Shown: positions 45,871 through 58,649 of the stretch, one piece after another
Numbering within the stretch: the stretch's first letter is position 1
Layout of the letters: each line of letters opens with the position of its first letter
NCBI GenBank assembly: GCA_964276515.1
Contig: OZ193909.1
Span: 15,562,001-15,626,000, forward strand
Direction: 5' to 3'
Source of the DNA: Gordius albopunctatus
Taxonomy: Eukaryota
DNA length: 64,000 nt
Position numbers and translations under genes: made by a program
The notes under the pieces: generated by a model
Database searches by the model: none
What the model was told of the DNA's origin: nothing
What the model saw: only the letters and a program-made list of their open reading frames with translations

Positions 45871-48187
45871 GGGAAAGATGTATAAATCACAAAGCTGGAT
45901 ACGACAGAAAGACAAGAGGGACATTAATCCTAAAGGTATTGTTTGAATTAATACACTACTATAGACTAAGATAGGCGGTATAAATTATTGCTATTTCAGA
46001 GATTGAATTTTTCTTCGTTTTATTGATTGATTTTGACCATTAACCTTGACAAAAAAGGAAGAAAGACAAGTTTTTTAGCGATTTGATTTGGTATAAATGG
46101 GAATGGGAGATTTATCATTTGAGATTCCCTTGCTAGTTACAACAATTTAATTTTTTCTGTATTTTCACGCTTGAATTAACAATTGAATCGAAACGGTTTT
46201 TAAAATTCTTAAATTTGGTCGCTGTCACTTTAGTCTTGTAATTTACTTCAAATCCCCAACTAAAATTGATTTATGCACGAGGGGAAAAAAGATTTTATAA
46301 GTTAAGGGAAAAGATAGATTGCGATTAAACACTATTTAAAAAATTTACCTCTTATATTAAAATCGATTTTTTAAGGGGGGGGGAGGTAGTTGATAACATT
46401 CTAAATATTTTAGCATGAAATCAGATCGGTTTCAGTTTTTTTGGTTAGACTTAACAATAGTTAATCCTTACAAACAAACTATTTTGCATTTTGGCCACAA
46501 AAAATTAACCGCAAAAGTTTTAGGTTTTTTGTTTAACTATTTCGATAGAGAATTTTTTAGGAACAAAATTTAAGTGAATAGCGCCATTGCTCTCAAAAAT
46601 ATGCCAAAAAGAGTAAAATTTAAAAAACGCTCCCTAGCGTGATTTTGGCCATTTGTACGACAATAAATTAAAATGTATTGGCGCAAAATTTTCAAAATTT
46701 ACTCTAATTAATGAGGCCTGCACCAGCACCAAAAATTATCCTGATCTGAAATCGTCTTTTTTGACGATTCGACATGGAATGCCCCATCTAAAAATTTAAA
46801 TTACACTTGATATATCTCTTGAAATTCGTATGACTAGCATTGTGCTATCATAAATCATAATTAGTGATAATGATTCGAATAAAATTGTCTACAATAATTA
46901 AGTTTTGGGGTTTGATTAAGACCACCTTACCATTTTTAGGCCTTATAAATTCTAAAATAATGCAGGTGGGGGGAGACCGACCATTTTTATCTAATGTCGT
47001 TGGAGCTCTACATTCGATAAATGATGCATGGTTGAAAGCAAGTTCATCGTGGAATACTGGGCAAATCATTATTCATTTGATTCATAAAAGAGAGCAGTTT
47101 TGTTATCTAGGATAAATAGGTTGGAAATTAAATAAAAATGGATTGGTTGGAAGTTGTTAAATAGTTTAAGTAAAGATTCACTTAATAGAGACAGGAGCGT
47201 GTTAGTTATTAAATATGTAAATATTAAAAAGTGATATACCTTACATCTAATTTTAATTGACTACCCTGACATATCTATTAATGCCATATTGTGTTTGAAA
47301 ACTGTGTTCAAATTAAAAAAAAATTTAGATGTACAATTAAATTAATTTGTAAGCGAAATATAGTGCTATATAAGAAATGATAAACTATTGCATCTACGCC
47401 AAACATGAGCCACTAAGGGCAAAAAATCTCAAAACCTAAATTGTATATCGTATCTATTCTAATATATCAAATCCAAATAAACCATTAAAAGAATGAAAAT
47501 TTCGCTTATTTTTATAATAAACTCTAGAATAAATAAATACACAAGTGTAAACCACTTTATTTTGGTGCAAAAAGGGATGTTTAAAAGGACAAACGGTCGC
47601 AGTTCTCGGTGAATACAGGTATAAAGTAATGTCATAGATAAAATAGTAGCGAGAGGACGGAAGGTAAAGTCTCATTTTATGAACACAAATACACGCACAA
47701 TAAATGATAGTGCCATCATCATATAATATAATGTCTATACATTCCATATTAAGCGCGAAAGCTAAACTATTTCATAGTAAACATACGAATGCAGGGGTGT
47801 TTTCATTGTGAAAAGAGCGTGGAAAAGGTGGTGTAAATGAGGAGGTTCGTGTAATACTATGTGTGCGCGATGAGAATTAGAGATTGAATTTGGCATTAAA
47901 ATTATATTAGCAAAATGAATGGGGTCTAATAAAGTATGGGGGCATACCACTGAAAAAAGTCTGCAGATATGTACAATAGTTTTGAGACATGGCTCACCAA
48001 TCTAAAAGGGGCTAACTACCGAATTCATGGGTTATTGTCGTCTAGAGTCGGTTGGAAATATAAGTAAACCGGTTTAACCGCACAAAAAACATATATAATC
48101 GTGCGCGACGTTTTTTACAGGGAGAGGTCGATTTCAATGATGAAACAAAATTTACATTGTAAGAGGATGGCTTTAATAGCCAAAGGC

Positions 48188-51100
48188 TCATTCGTCTTCC
48201 CATTCATCTTCCTCCTCAAAATCCTCATTTTCACTAGAATCTATGCAATAGGGAGTGATAAAAACAATTATAAAAAATTTCTATCCAGAAGTTGACGCAG
48301 AGAATCATGTTAAGCATCTGTTTAGAGAATTTTTGAATTTAAATTGTTTAAGAATTATAATTAAAAAGGGTTAACAATTAAAAAAATTTGAAATATAAGC
48401 TGTAGTATAGAATATCGAAAAAACAACCTACCTTAGAATAATATTAGCCTTTTAATTAGATAAAAAAGTTTTGAGATTATTTCCGAATCGACTATCACGT
48501 TAAATAATATATATATATACTAATCATTGCGGATAATAAAATGTGCTTAAAATAAGTTTTAACCCAAAAAAATAAACGGGGAAAAAGGGGTTAGAAAATT
48601 ATTTTCAGTATGTCTGTGAGATATTTTAGTCGGCGGCTAGAGCGACTAAATGTTACGCAAAACTTTACAATTTACGGGTATAAAGCAAACGTTTTGCTTG
48701 TTAATTTATAATTTAACAATGTAGTTTAAGGAGGTTACTTAAGCCATAAAGATTTCTCAACTGAATCATCGAGTTAAAGCAAGAGGCATTTGGCATAGGC
48801 AAGCATTAAAAATTTTCTACATTTCCCTTTATCTCAAAGTACGTATTGGAAAGGAGAGTTGCTTATAACCATGGTTTTAAAATTTTTGGCATTCACCATT
48901 GAGACAAATAATAATTTGATGAAATGAAGTTGGAAGAATTCACACATTAAAAACTTGACCTTATAGTAAATTGTGGGCGAAAGTAAATAAAAATTGAGCC
49001 TTGTTTGAACTAAGACGAATTCAATGTCGATTTAAACTGCAAGATAAATTCGCACCTGAAGTAGATTGTATGGCTTTGGCCCGCTCTTGCAGGGCTCGAG
49101 CCAGAGCCCCGGCGACGCCATCTAGCGGAGGTTGTGATTTAGAAAGGTTGTTTGTCAAAGGGGAAAATGATTTATCAGCCGTGGCATCTTTCCTTTCTAA
49201 AGGCGTTAAACTAGATGTCGAGAGGATGGGAGCTTTTTTCGAATTTTGGCTGGTCGTGCTGGCGCTAGGTGCTACCTGGATAAGTTGAAAAGTATAACAA
49301 TTTTATTTTTTAAAATTTTCCAAAGCGACTAAACAATTATATTAAACAAGCTTAGTTGTCATAATAACTATAATGTGATTTTTTTATAAGAAATGTAAAC
49401 ATTACTGTTACCGACCTAAATTTTAATACTATTTGCAGGATATAATAAATGATATCAGGTAAAAATGAGCGTGCAAATATTTATGCTAGGTCCTATTTAT
49501 AAAATTTTAATTCTCATAAACTAGAATACTTCAAAGCCAACTTAGCTAAGCAACCCGGAACACCTTTAAATGAGAACGACAGTAGATTTTATGACGATAA
49601 CCAAAAATAAGTATGAAACGCCATCCAATTTAATAATATTATAAACTTTGGGAGAGTTTACGAAACTAAATTCTTCAAATAAGCAATTTTTAATCGGCCT
49701 AACGTCATAACATTACTCAATAGGTTTTAGCTTGTAGTCTTTCGTTTTTATAGTGGCAATATGATTCATTAGCACGCGGCAACTTCAAAAAATCGTGTGG
49801 GTTGTAATTAAGCATATTTTTCAATTTATCACCAAGTTGTGCAGGCTATTGAGTCAAGAAGTCTGGTGATATTTCAATTTTATATTTATTTCCAAATGAT
49901 TAAATTAGATGCCCTTATTAGGGTCAATTTTGCAGGGCCTTAAAATGAGTTTTCTTTTAATCAGATTCTATATAGATTTCACGTGAACTCTAAATATCTT
50001 TCACTATGAGTCAAACCAACTATTAGATATAACCGTAAAAAATAACGATAAAATTTTCTCTTTATGTAAAACACACATAATTCAAAAAACTTTAGTTTCA
50101 TGTTTGCAAGATCTTAAAATCATCAACTTCAAAGTCAACACTTGCTCCTATTCCCCTGAAAAAAGTTACCCTTGCATGACTCCAAGAAAATTCTTCCATA
50201 AAACGAAATATAAATCAACTTTAGGACTTTTATCTAAAAAAGAAAGCATCATGTAGCAGCAAGGCGTCACAGCTAACTTTTCAAGCCGTATTTCGGGGAA
50301 AAAGGGAAACTCACGTGTTTCAGTTGAGTGCCCTGCCGTATTTGATGGAGTAGCGTAGATCGACTATCCCCACTACCCCCGGAGGTGGGTTGCCTTTGTG
50401 CTACCTAAGGTGCATTGCAAATCACACGCATCTATTATTTTCAATCCAACTTACACCTCTCCTTAAGGTATTAATTGCAACAGCACTGATAGACAAACCA
50501 ATACCAACTCCAAACACGTGATAAAACATCACACCCTAGATGTGTCTTAATTAAAGATAGAGTCTAGAAAAACCCGGCGCGGCCCGAACCTGAAAAAAAG
50601 GAAATTAAAGCTGGCAAATAAAACAAAATTAGTCCTTAAAATTTTAAAACAACATCATTTCGGGCACGGCCGGGTGAGCACTTAAATGGGTTCTGACGGA
50701 CAGTTTAGTTATCAAATTGGACCGGGTCGGATTTGGGCTGAAAAATTTAATACTGAGCCCTGATTAAAGATTTACACCAAAATTATATTATCTGCTTCAA
50801 TAATATATATTATTTAATTACTAAACTTATTTTACCCGATTTGGTAGTTATTTTTATAAAAAGTGCAAAACTTTTTGAAAGCTTAAATGGGGCATAACAA
50901 GATATTCATTTTCCAAATAAATCATAGCCTAAATAAGCTATTCTTTGATCGTTTTAATAAAATTAATGTTAGAATAATAGACGACCGGTTTGAGGTGAGC
51001 GTTGCCCGCGGCTATTTGATCCAAAAGTTGTTGACGCCCGCGATCGGGAGGCGGGGCTGCGGTCGTGACGACGGAGGGGGTGGATGATTCACCCGAGGGT

Positions 51101-54067
51101 GGAGCACTACGGAGTGGGGGTGGGAGTCCGGAGGGTTTTTTAACCGTCGGGGTAGTGGAAGGGGGCGGTGGTGGTGGGGGCATTTGGAGGGAATTACCGG
51201 GCATCGTGATATGTCTTTGCAGAGTGGCTCGCGATGGTACTGGCGGGGCCGTGGCCGCCATCCCCAAGGATCGTTCCTGGGGTGGGGGTGGGACGAGGGG
51301 CTGTTGTTTCTTAACCCCCACACGGGCGATGGGCGGGGCTGGAGGTGCTTGAATGGGACTCGACGTTTCTGGTGCATGTTAAAAATTCTTTCAATATTTT
51401 CCTGCTTTATGTAGAATCATCACCATTCGTTACAAAAAAAATTCATTGGAACTTAAAACGACCCGTTGTAGTCCATTTTGTTGTATTAAACAATTTTTTG
51501 CACTTTTTCATCTGTCACCGTGTTATCTCCGTGTAATCAAATCAACTTTTTGATAAAAAATAGGGGTTGACGAAAAGTAATTTGATACTTAAAATTATCA
51601 TAAATACTCGCAAAAGTTGCGATAAAATATTTATTTAACGGAAAATCCCAATTTACCTTTAATTTTATCAAACCCCTTAAGTAGGAATATATTAGGAAAA
51701 AAAACTAATCAAATTAAAAAATTACTCCAAAATTTTACGATTGCCACCGATTATTCCCCTTTGGTTCGGAATTCCGAAGTGGCCATTTTAAATATTAGCG
51801 GTACAATTAAATGTAAAATAATTAAGTTGGTCTAGTATAAAATCGTATGGTTTTGCAAAACGTATAGTTTTATTTAGTGTCCATTTAATCATGCATGTTA
51901 TATATAAAGCTAGAGGAGGACTGAAGGCGATTTCTATCAAATAAATACTATTCTTACATATCAATTCTTGGGGAACTAAATTAAATAGAAAAATCACATT
52001 TGAGGTTTTCCATTTTTAATGAACATGTAAGAATAACCATATTCAAGTAACGAAATATCAAAGGAAACTAAAAAGACATGCTATTATATTTGCATATAAT
52101 AGCATGTCTTATGTCAAGTAAAATATATACATAAAATGTGAAAGCATAAGATTTATTTTTATAATTAAGAGCATTGTATTTAAAGACTGCACATAGCAAC
52201 CTCTGCTCTGATAAGCATATTATTTGCTTATAGTATAAGTTCTATGAAGAGATTAGTCAAGACATGGCGGCACTAACCCGGTCAAGATGGAAGAGAGTCA
52301 TCAAAACAAACCCCACCAATGTGGGACCAAATAACTGATAAAGAAGAAGAAGATAGTATAAGTTCTATTGAAACTTGCAAATGTGTATTCATAATTTTGT
52401 TGACAAACTTTAACGGTTAAACGTTTTATACTGAAAAATGTGCTATTAAAATGCTATAAATTCGCAAATAATAGAGAAAAATAAGATTAAATGATCAAAA
52501 TTTTTAAATGAATCTCATAAATATCTAAAATGATTAAACAAAAACTATTTGCCTATATTGATGTTGAACACAACTGCTAAGGTAAATAATATTAACTTTA
52601 AGATGACACATTTTAGATTAAAATAATATATCTCAATAAAATTACCCATTTGATTTGACATAAATGACATATTTTGGGTGAGGGAACAATCTTGATTAGG
52701 ATCTGCTCTCCTGATTGCCTCTACACCACCATGATGATCAATAAAATCGTAAATGAAATTAGCTGTTTCTTGGTCTTGTAAATCTTTCTCAGTGACACCA
52801 GCTTTTTTGAAAAAATCTTTCAAGACTGGATCCAAATTGTCAGTCTAAATTAGAGTGCACATGAATTTCGAAAGAATATGATGAAATTAAAATAATTTTA
52901 AATGATTTCTTACTTCCAATCCTTTATTGGGATCCCAGCCAACATGTTGGATATGCCTAGAGTGTAATGACAATGAAAGAAGTTTAAAAGCAACAAGCAA
53001 TAATTTTACATATAAATTTATTTGATTTCTTATTTACTGAAAGTTAGTGGGTTGGCCAATATCAGTTTTCCGTAAACGATTAACCTTCTTAGCCTCCTTC
53101 TTTTTAACTTTTCCTTTTAAGGTTGCAACAGAACTTGAGCGGTTTACATTCGTTGAGATATGAGGTATTATGTCTTAATATAAAGAACAGTTATAAATCA
53201 TCATATTGATACAGATGTCAATGAACAAATGATATAAAAGATAAATTTTTATTACTATTAGTCATTCCAATTTGGGAACTTGAGGTATGATTTATGGAAA
53301 CACTTCTTTCCAGACCTAAATTTATATATTATTTTCAGTTTTAAATCATCATTACCATGGTCAACAGTCTGTTTAATTTGTCTTTGTCTTAACTTATTTT
53401 CTATTGCCTGTTGAAACTTAGTTGCCTCCCTTTGATCAGCAAAATTTAGGGCAGCTGGACAAAACTAAAAACATTAATGTTATAATTTAATTAAAACTCA
53501 CATCAGCATCAAAAGTGTGAAAGAAAGGCAATGGAGTATAGTACTTAAATTGAATATAAAGTTCTTGCTCCCATATTGGTAAGCCTTTCTGTATATAAAC
53601 ATAATTAATTTTTATAGTACAAAACTTTAAAATACTTAAATCTAGCATTTGTTTAAATTATATATAAAATTCAATTTTTTGGTGATTCATATACTTTATA
53701 AAATATTTTATTATAATTAATCAAATCGACCTTAATGAAAATATCAAAAGAACATATTCATCAAGGTTTTAATAAGGTTACCTTGAGATCATATACACGA
53801 ATAAAGTAAGACCTTCTGCTACTATCTTTAACAAAACATGCAACTCCACAGCATTTTTTAAGCCATTGATCATAATTAGGGGGCTCAGCTAAGAATACTT
53901 GTACTACGGCTGTAGCTTGGGACTAATTAAACATTAACTCACATATTTAAAAAATATACCAAACAGCGCCTTCCTATAATAGTGAACAATTTATTGTTTT
54001 CTTCCTCTGTTAGCAAAAATGAGGGAACATTATGTATTGAAGAAGGATGTTTTTTAGTCGCAGGCAT
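48188..54067 (-). CDS. WASL: Wiskott-Aldrich syndrome protein family actin nucleation-promoting factor (WH1-basic-CRIB-PRD-WH2-WH2-C-A); exons 54067-53960, 53922-53782, 53588-53502, 53464-53356, 53315-53256, 53173-53038, 52956-52914, 52844-52646, 51368-50986, 50404-50315, 49275-49056, 48240-48188
   Basis: WH1: NVPSFLLTEEEN, SQATAVVQVF, CGVACFVKD, SYFIRVYD, WEQELY, FFHTFDAD, LNFAD; CRIB DIGQPTNFQHIQHVGWDP; FIYDFIDHHGGVEA; proline-rich exon; WH2s GRQQLLDQIAAGNAHLKP and SRSTLLHQIRQGTQLKH; C region GVAGALARALQERAKAI; acidic EEEDEWEDE*. Confidence 0.95.
52246..52352 (+). mobile_element. Severely 5'-truncated RTE family-A insertion (about 107 bp) in a WASP intron
   Basis: Matches the 3' end of the 10365 element, ends GAAGAAGAAG; TSD ATAGTATAAGTTCTAT at 52230-45 and 52353-68. 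Confidence 0.9.
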
Positions 54068-54899
54068 TATAATATTTGATACAGATCATATTTATTATAA
54101 AATCTGTCGTTCATATTGAGGTACCGAAATGACAAATAGGGACGCAATATTAAACTAAATTTTGTCTAATTTAGCACGAAGTCACTACAATGTTTCCACT
54201 ATGGGGAAACTGAGGGGCTGAGAGGAGTTTAATAGCTAATAAATTATCGCACATTTTTTGACTTTTAAAAAAAGTTTTTACTAGAAGAAATATATAATTC
54301 CAAAAATTACAAATGTTGTCCTTGAAATTGATAAACCATTTCTATAATTAAGTGCTTAAAATTGAAGAAAGATTATACGTACTATTTTAAGGAGATTAAT
54401 TGAATCTACTTAAAGCAAAGCCAGTTGTAATGGCTTTGATATTTCAACTATTATAGTGTAAAAAAATAAAAGTCGTAATCAATTTTTCAAATTATTTAGG
54501 TATAAAAATGTTGATCTATCCCCACAAAATATTTTAGATCATAACCTTGATTAACATAAAGGCATTTCAGTCATCTGATTGGATTGATCACGTGAAATTG
54601 TTAGTATACCTTGATTGAGGAAGAATTTATGGAGCTTAAGTCAAGAGACTACTATAGTAAGAATTCGCTACTAATAATTTGTCTATAAAAATCTAATCTA
54701 TCTTTATGCCCTCATTTGGTGGTGTTCATCAAGCCATTTTTTATATCGCTTTTTCTATTAATTCGCTTAAAAGATATAGCGCAGTTGTAAATAAAAAAAA
54801 GAATATGTTAGATATTCTTTCAATACTATATTATAAAAAAGCATTAAATACATAATGAAATTAATAAAAGGATACAAAAATGAAAATATTTATAAATAA

Positions 54900-55953
54900 A
54901 ATGATTAAAAGGCATTATCCATTTCTTCGTCTTCTTTAAGAATTGGGATTGAATCCATCAGTGCTGGATTTAATGATGGCAATGGCGATTGATTGTCTTA
55001 GTAGAAAACTATTCAATATTTTTGAAGGAGGTGAACGTTTTTTAAGTTTTAAAAAAAATTAAAACGCTCTTCACAAACGTCATTGAGCACGACGAAGCGA
55101 TAGGAATAAAAATGGAGTATACTGCTAAAGCTGAATATTCGAAGGATTTACGATGCTCTGCCGATCCTAGGGGGTCGTGAGTTAGGGGATCAATACAGGT
55201 GTAGTCCCATTTTAAAAATAGGCCTTCGTCCTATGGGACAAGTGACGTGCCGTCAGGACGCAACCGCCCTTCAAAAGAGATATCTAACGGTTCAAGGATG
55301 GAGGGATCTTTTGCCCGTTTGAGGGCAGCTTGTAACAATGTGTTTTTGGTGCCTACTATACCTGCTTTTGTTAAGTTTTACAATGGTGAGTGTGACGGGC
55401 TTCCTCATCTACAAGTGAATTACAAAGCCTGCAGGGGTATGGTGACGTATATTTACAGTCCAAGTGAAGGGCTATGTTGAAGGACAGAATGGGGTTCTCT
55501 TAAAGCGCTCCAGAAAACTTGCTAGGGTAAGCTTCTAGCCATTCATGACCGGATTGGTCAAAAGCCAATGACCTTACATTTCAATGCTGTTTGGCGTCGC
55601 ATATCAAGAGAAAATAAGCCGCGACACCAAACTTGCATCCAAATCTTCTTGGGCATATGATTGTGATATATTAACTTCTAAGTTGAAATTCTCATTCCAT
55701 AGAGATAAGGCTTGATTGATGAAGGGATTAAGTGAGAATGGAACGAGGTAGTTAATGGGTTGTTTAAAAGATAAGATAGGGAGGAAGATATAAAGGTGGT
55801 TAGGGAAATCGCAGTTGGTGAGCGAATACCTAGACCACCGGATTTTGTGGGAAGAGTGGCTTGAGGCCAAGTATTTGTATTAAAAGTTGTATTTAAAATC
55901 GATTTGAGGGTGTCTTTAAAAATGCTTTTATAATTGTGTATTACATTTCTAAA
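54900..55953 (-). mobile_element. CRE-like (restriction-like endonuclease) non-LTR retrotransposon, 3' part
   Basis: WPQATLPTKSGGLGIRS; SGHEWLEAYPS; C..H..HC zinc-knuckle region; ILEP..RLRPDGTSLVP*DEG..KWDYTCIDP (PD..D nuclease). Decayed. Confidence 0.8.
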
Positions 55954-57042
55954 GAAGGTGGAATTTCTAATGGATACGGGTGCTACCATAACCCTAATAG
56001 GAGAAGCAAAATTTAAAAAATTGTGGCCCCAGAGACACTGGGAAAAATCTAATATTAAAATAAAACAAGTAGATGGGTCGGAAATTACGGTAATAGGTAA
56101 AGTAAAAGTGTAAATTATTATTAAGAATAATAAGGTAACCTTACCCCTCTATATCCCGTCAGTGGAAATTATGCCAATATTAGGGTGGGAATGGATTAAA
56201 GTGATAGGCCGTTAAACAATTGGTTTGGCTTGTGTGAAAAAATCAAATGTAGTGGACCACAGGAAAATGGTGAACAAGATTTCGGCGGAGCAGGTAGGAA
56301 CCCTTAAGGATGCCATTTATGGCTTGGGCTCTAAAGTCTACCTCTCTCGGAGCCGAGATAAACAGACTATCGGTAAAAGTGGAGTCGGAGGATCAAACGA
56401 CATCTTCTACCGACACTCGTAATCTTATGAGTGGTGGCGATGCAGTCCGGTCCCTGAATAGTTGGTCGGGAAGTCTACAGCGGAGGATGGAAAGGTTCAA
56501 CTCTATCTTTATAGAAGAGCTTGGGTGCCTAAGGGGATACGAGTATGATATCCTACTGAAGCCAGACGCTGTACCAAGGTTTTGGCCAGCGAGAATAATA
56601 TCAATTGTTTGGCGGGAGAAAGTAGAAGTCATCTTGCTACAACGTGTAGAGCAAGGGATAATCGAGCCGGTAAAATATAGCGAATGGGCTACGCCACTGG
56701 TACCCGTCAAAAAGCCCGACGGCAGCTTGCGCCTTTGCGCGGACTACAGGGTTTCTCTTAACCCGTGGGTACTAGAAATAAAGTACCCCCTACCCAGAAT
56801 AGAAGAGATCTTCGCAAATCTGAAAGGTGCAAAATATTTTAGTAAGTTGGACTTTGCTAACGCTTACCTCCAGATCAAGTTAAATAACCGCTCGTCGAAG
56901 TTGACCACAATAAACACGTCCTTAGGCTTGTTCGCGTTTAAAAGACTGCCTTTCGGTCTCAGCTTAAGTGCGCCCGTTGCATCCATATTTCAGGGTCTTT
57001 CTGGTGTGTTTTACTACTTAGACGACGTTCTTGCAGTGGGAG

Positions 57043-57490
57043 TATCGCATTCCCCAAACCGCGGGAACACGATTTAAATAAAAGAAGTTTTTAGACGACT
57101 ATATCTTATAATAATTGAGGAATAGATATTGGAAGAATTTCCACAACAAATTTATTTAGAATTATATTCGATTATCCGCGATATAACTTTTTCGATATCT
57201 TTTTGTTTCTACATCTTTCAATTATTAACTTTACTCAACAAAAAAAAAGAATTAATTTATTGATTGCGATATTAACAATCTATATTTAGCGAAGTGGTAT
57301 ATATAAAATCATCGTGACGCGTAAAAATAAATTTTACACGATTAGAAGCGATAAAGATAAGTAATAAAAATCGTAGCATATGTGGGGGGGGGGAATAAAC
57401 AACTTGGCACATTTCCAGCGTAAATGTTTTTGAATAAAAGGAACCATAAAAATAAATGAGTAAAAATAAGTAAGCGAGGGGAACACCACA
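57043..57490. mobile_element. Solo-LTR-like insertion (448 bp) with 5-bp TSD GGGAG inside Gypsy RT
   Basis: Splits YLDDVLAVG|ATMNEHDNNL; imperfect inverted termini TATCGCATTCCCC / GGGGAACACCACA. Confidence 0.75.
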
Positions 57491-58075
57491 GGGAGCTACA
57501 ATGAATGAGCACGATAATAACTTGTCGGCAGTGTTGGAACGAATCCAGGAACGAGGATTACGGATAAAGCGTAGTAAACGTGTCATAGGCGTGACGAAAA
57601 TAAAATATTTGGGACATCAATTGGGTAATGGAGTCGTTCTTCCTTTACAAAACAAAGTGGGTGCGATCCTTAAAACGCTACCACCTCAGAATAAGAAATA
57701 GATACTATCCTTTCTTGGGTCGGTGAACTATTACAAAAAGTTTATGCCTAACATCGCGGAGATAGCAGCACCTTTATACTGGTTGACGACGGACAAAGGA
57801 AAATTTGTATGGCGGAAAAAGGAGCAGGAAGCGTTCGACTCATTAAAAAAGATTTTAACGAAAGGTCCTGTTCTGACATGTTTTGTTCCCGATCTACCAT
57901 TAGCAGTAGCGGTGGATGCGTCACAGCTAGGTGTAGGCGGTGTGTTAGTGCATGTAATCGGTCAGGAAGAACACCCCATACTATACTTTTCACGGAAATT
58001 TTCCAAAGCCGAATTTAATTACTACGTGATTGTAAAGGAAGCTTTGGCGGTGGTAGTAAGTTTGACTCGTTGCCG

Positions 58076-58649
58076 TGTTTTATATATCCGCAACTTCTTA
58101 TTTTAAATCCTTTATTCTAATAAATTAAATATTAGCACCGGGTTATAACAATATAAATCAATAAAGAATCCGACAATGATTTTCGATATATAAATGTATG
58201 GATTGGACGATGGCCGTAGAGAAATTGCCGTGAGATCCATTTGTTAGAATTAGTGCCCTCTACGAGTAATTGGAGGTGTTGGCAAGGGGGACCGTTTGGT
58301 TCTTCGTTCATGCTACCGTTGGACCAACGTGATCTAAAGATGGAAGTAAAATATCCCTCCCGCCCACACGACTAACGAGTAGAAAACGAACAAATAACTG
58401 CTTCCGCAGGACTAAATAACAAATTAAATAACTGATCCTATCATGGCAAAATGCCCGTTATTTAAACCCTGTCGATGCCCTCCTCATTTGAATGAGGGAT
58501 GCTTCCCAACAGTTCGATATACTGCACGTCTCCACTAACTTGAGGCCTGCCATTTGCATATTCGTTTACCGAATATTTTACTCGCACACCCATTACTTTG
58601 AGCCTTATCTCTCTCACTTATTTGCATAAGCGTAAAGGGATCTACAACA
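58076..58649. mobile_element. Solo-LTR-like insertion (about 574 bp) inside Gypsy RNase H
   Basis: Splits SLTRCR|GYLIGRNFDIFTDHKPL; TGTT...AACA termini; CCGTG at 58073-77 and 58650-54. Confidence 0.75.
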
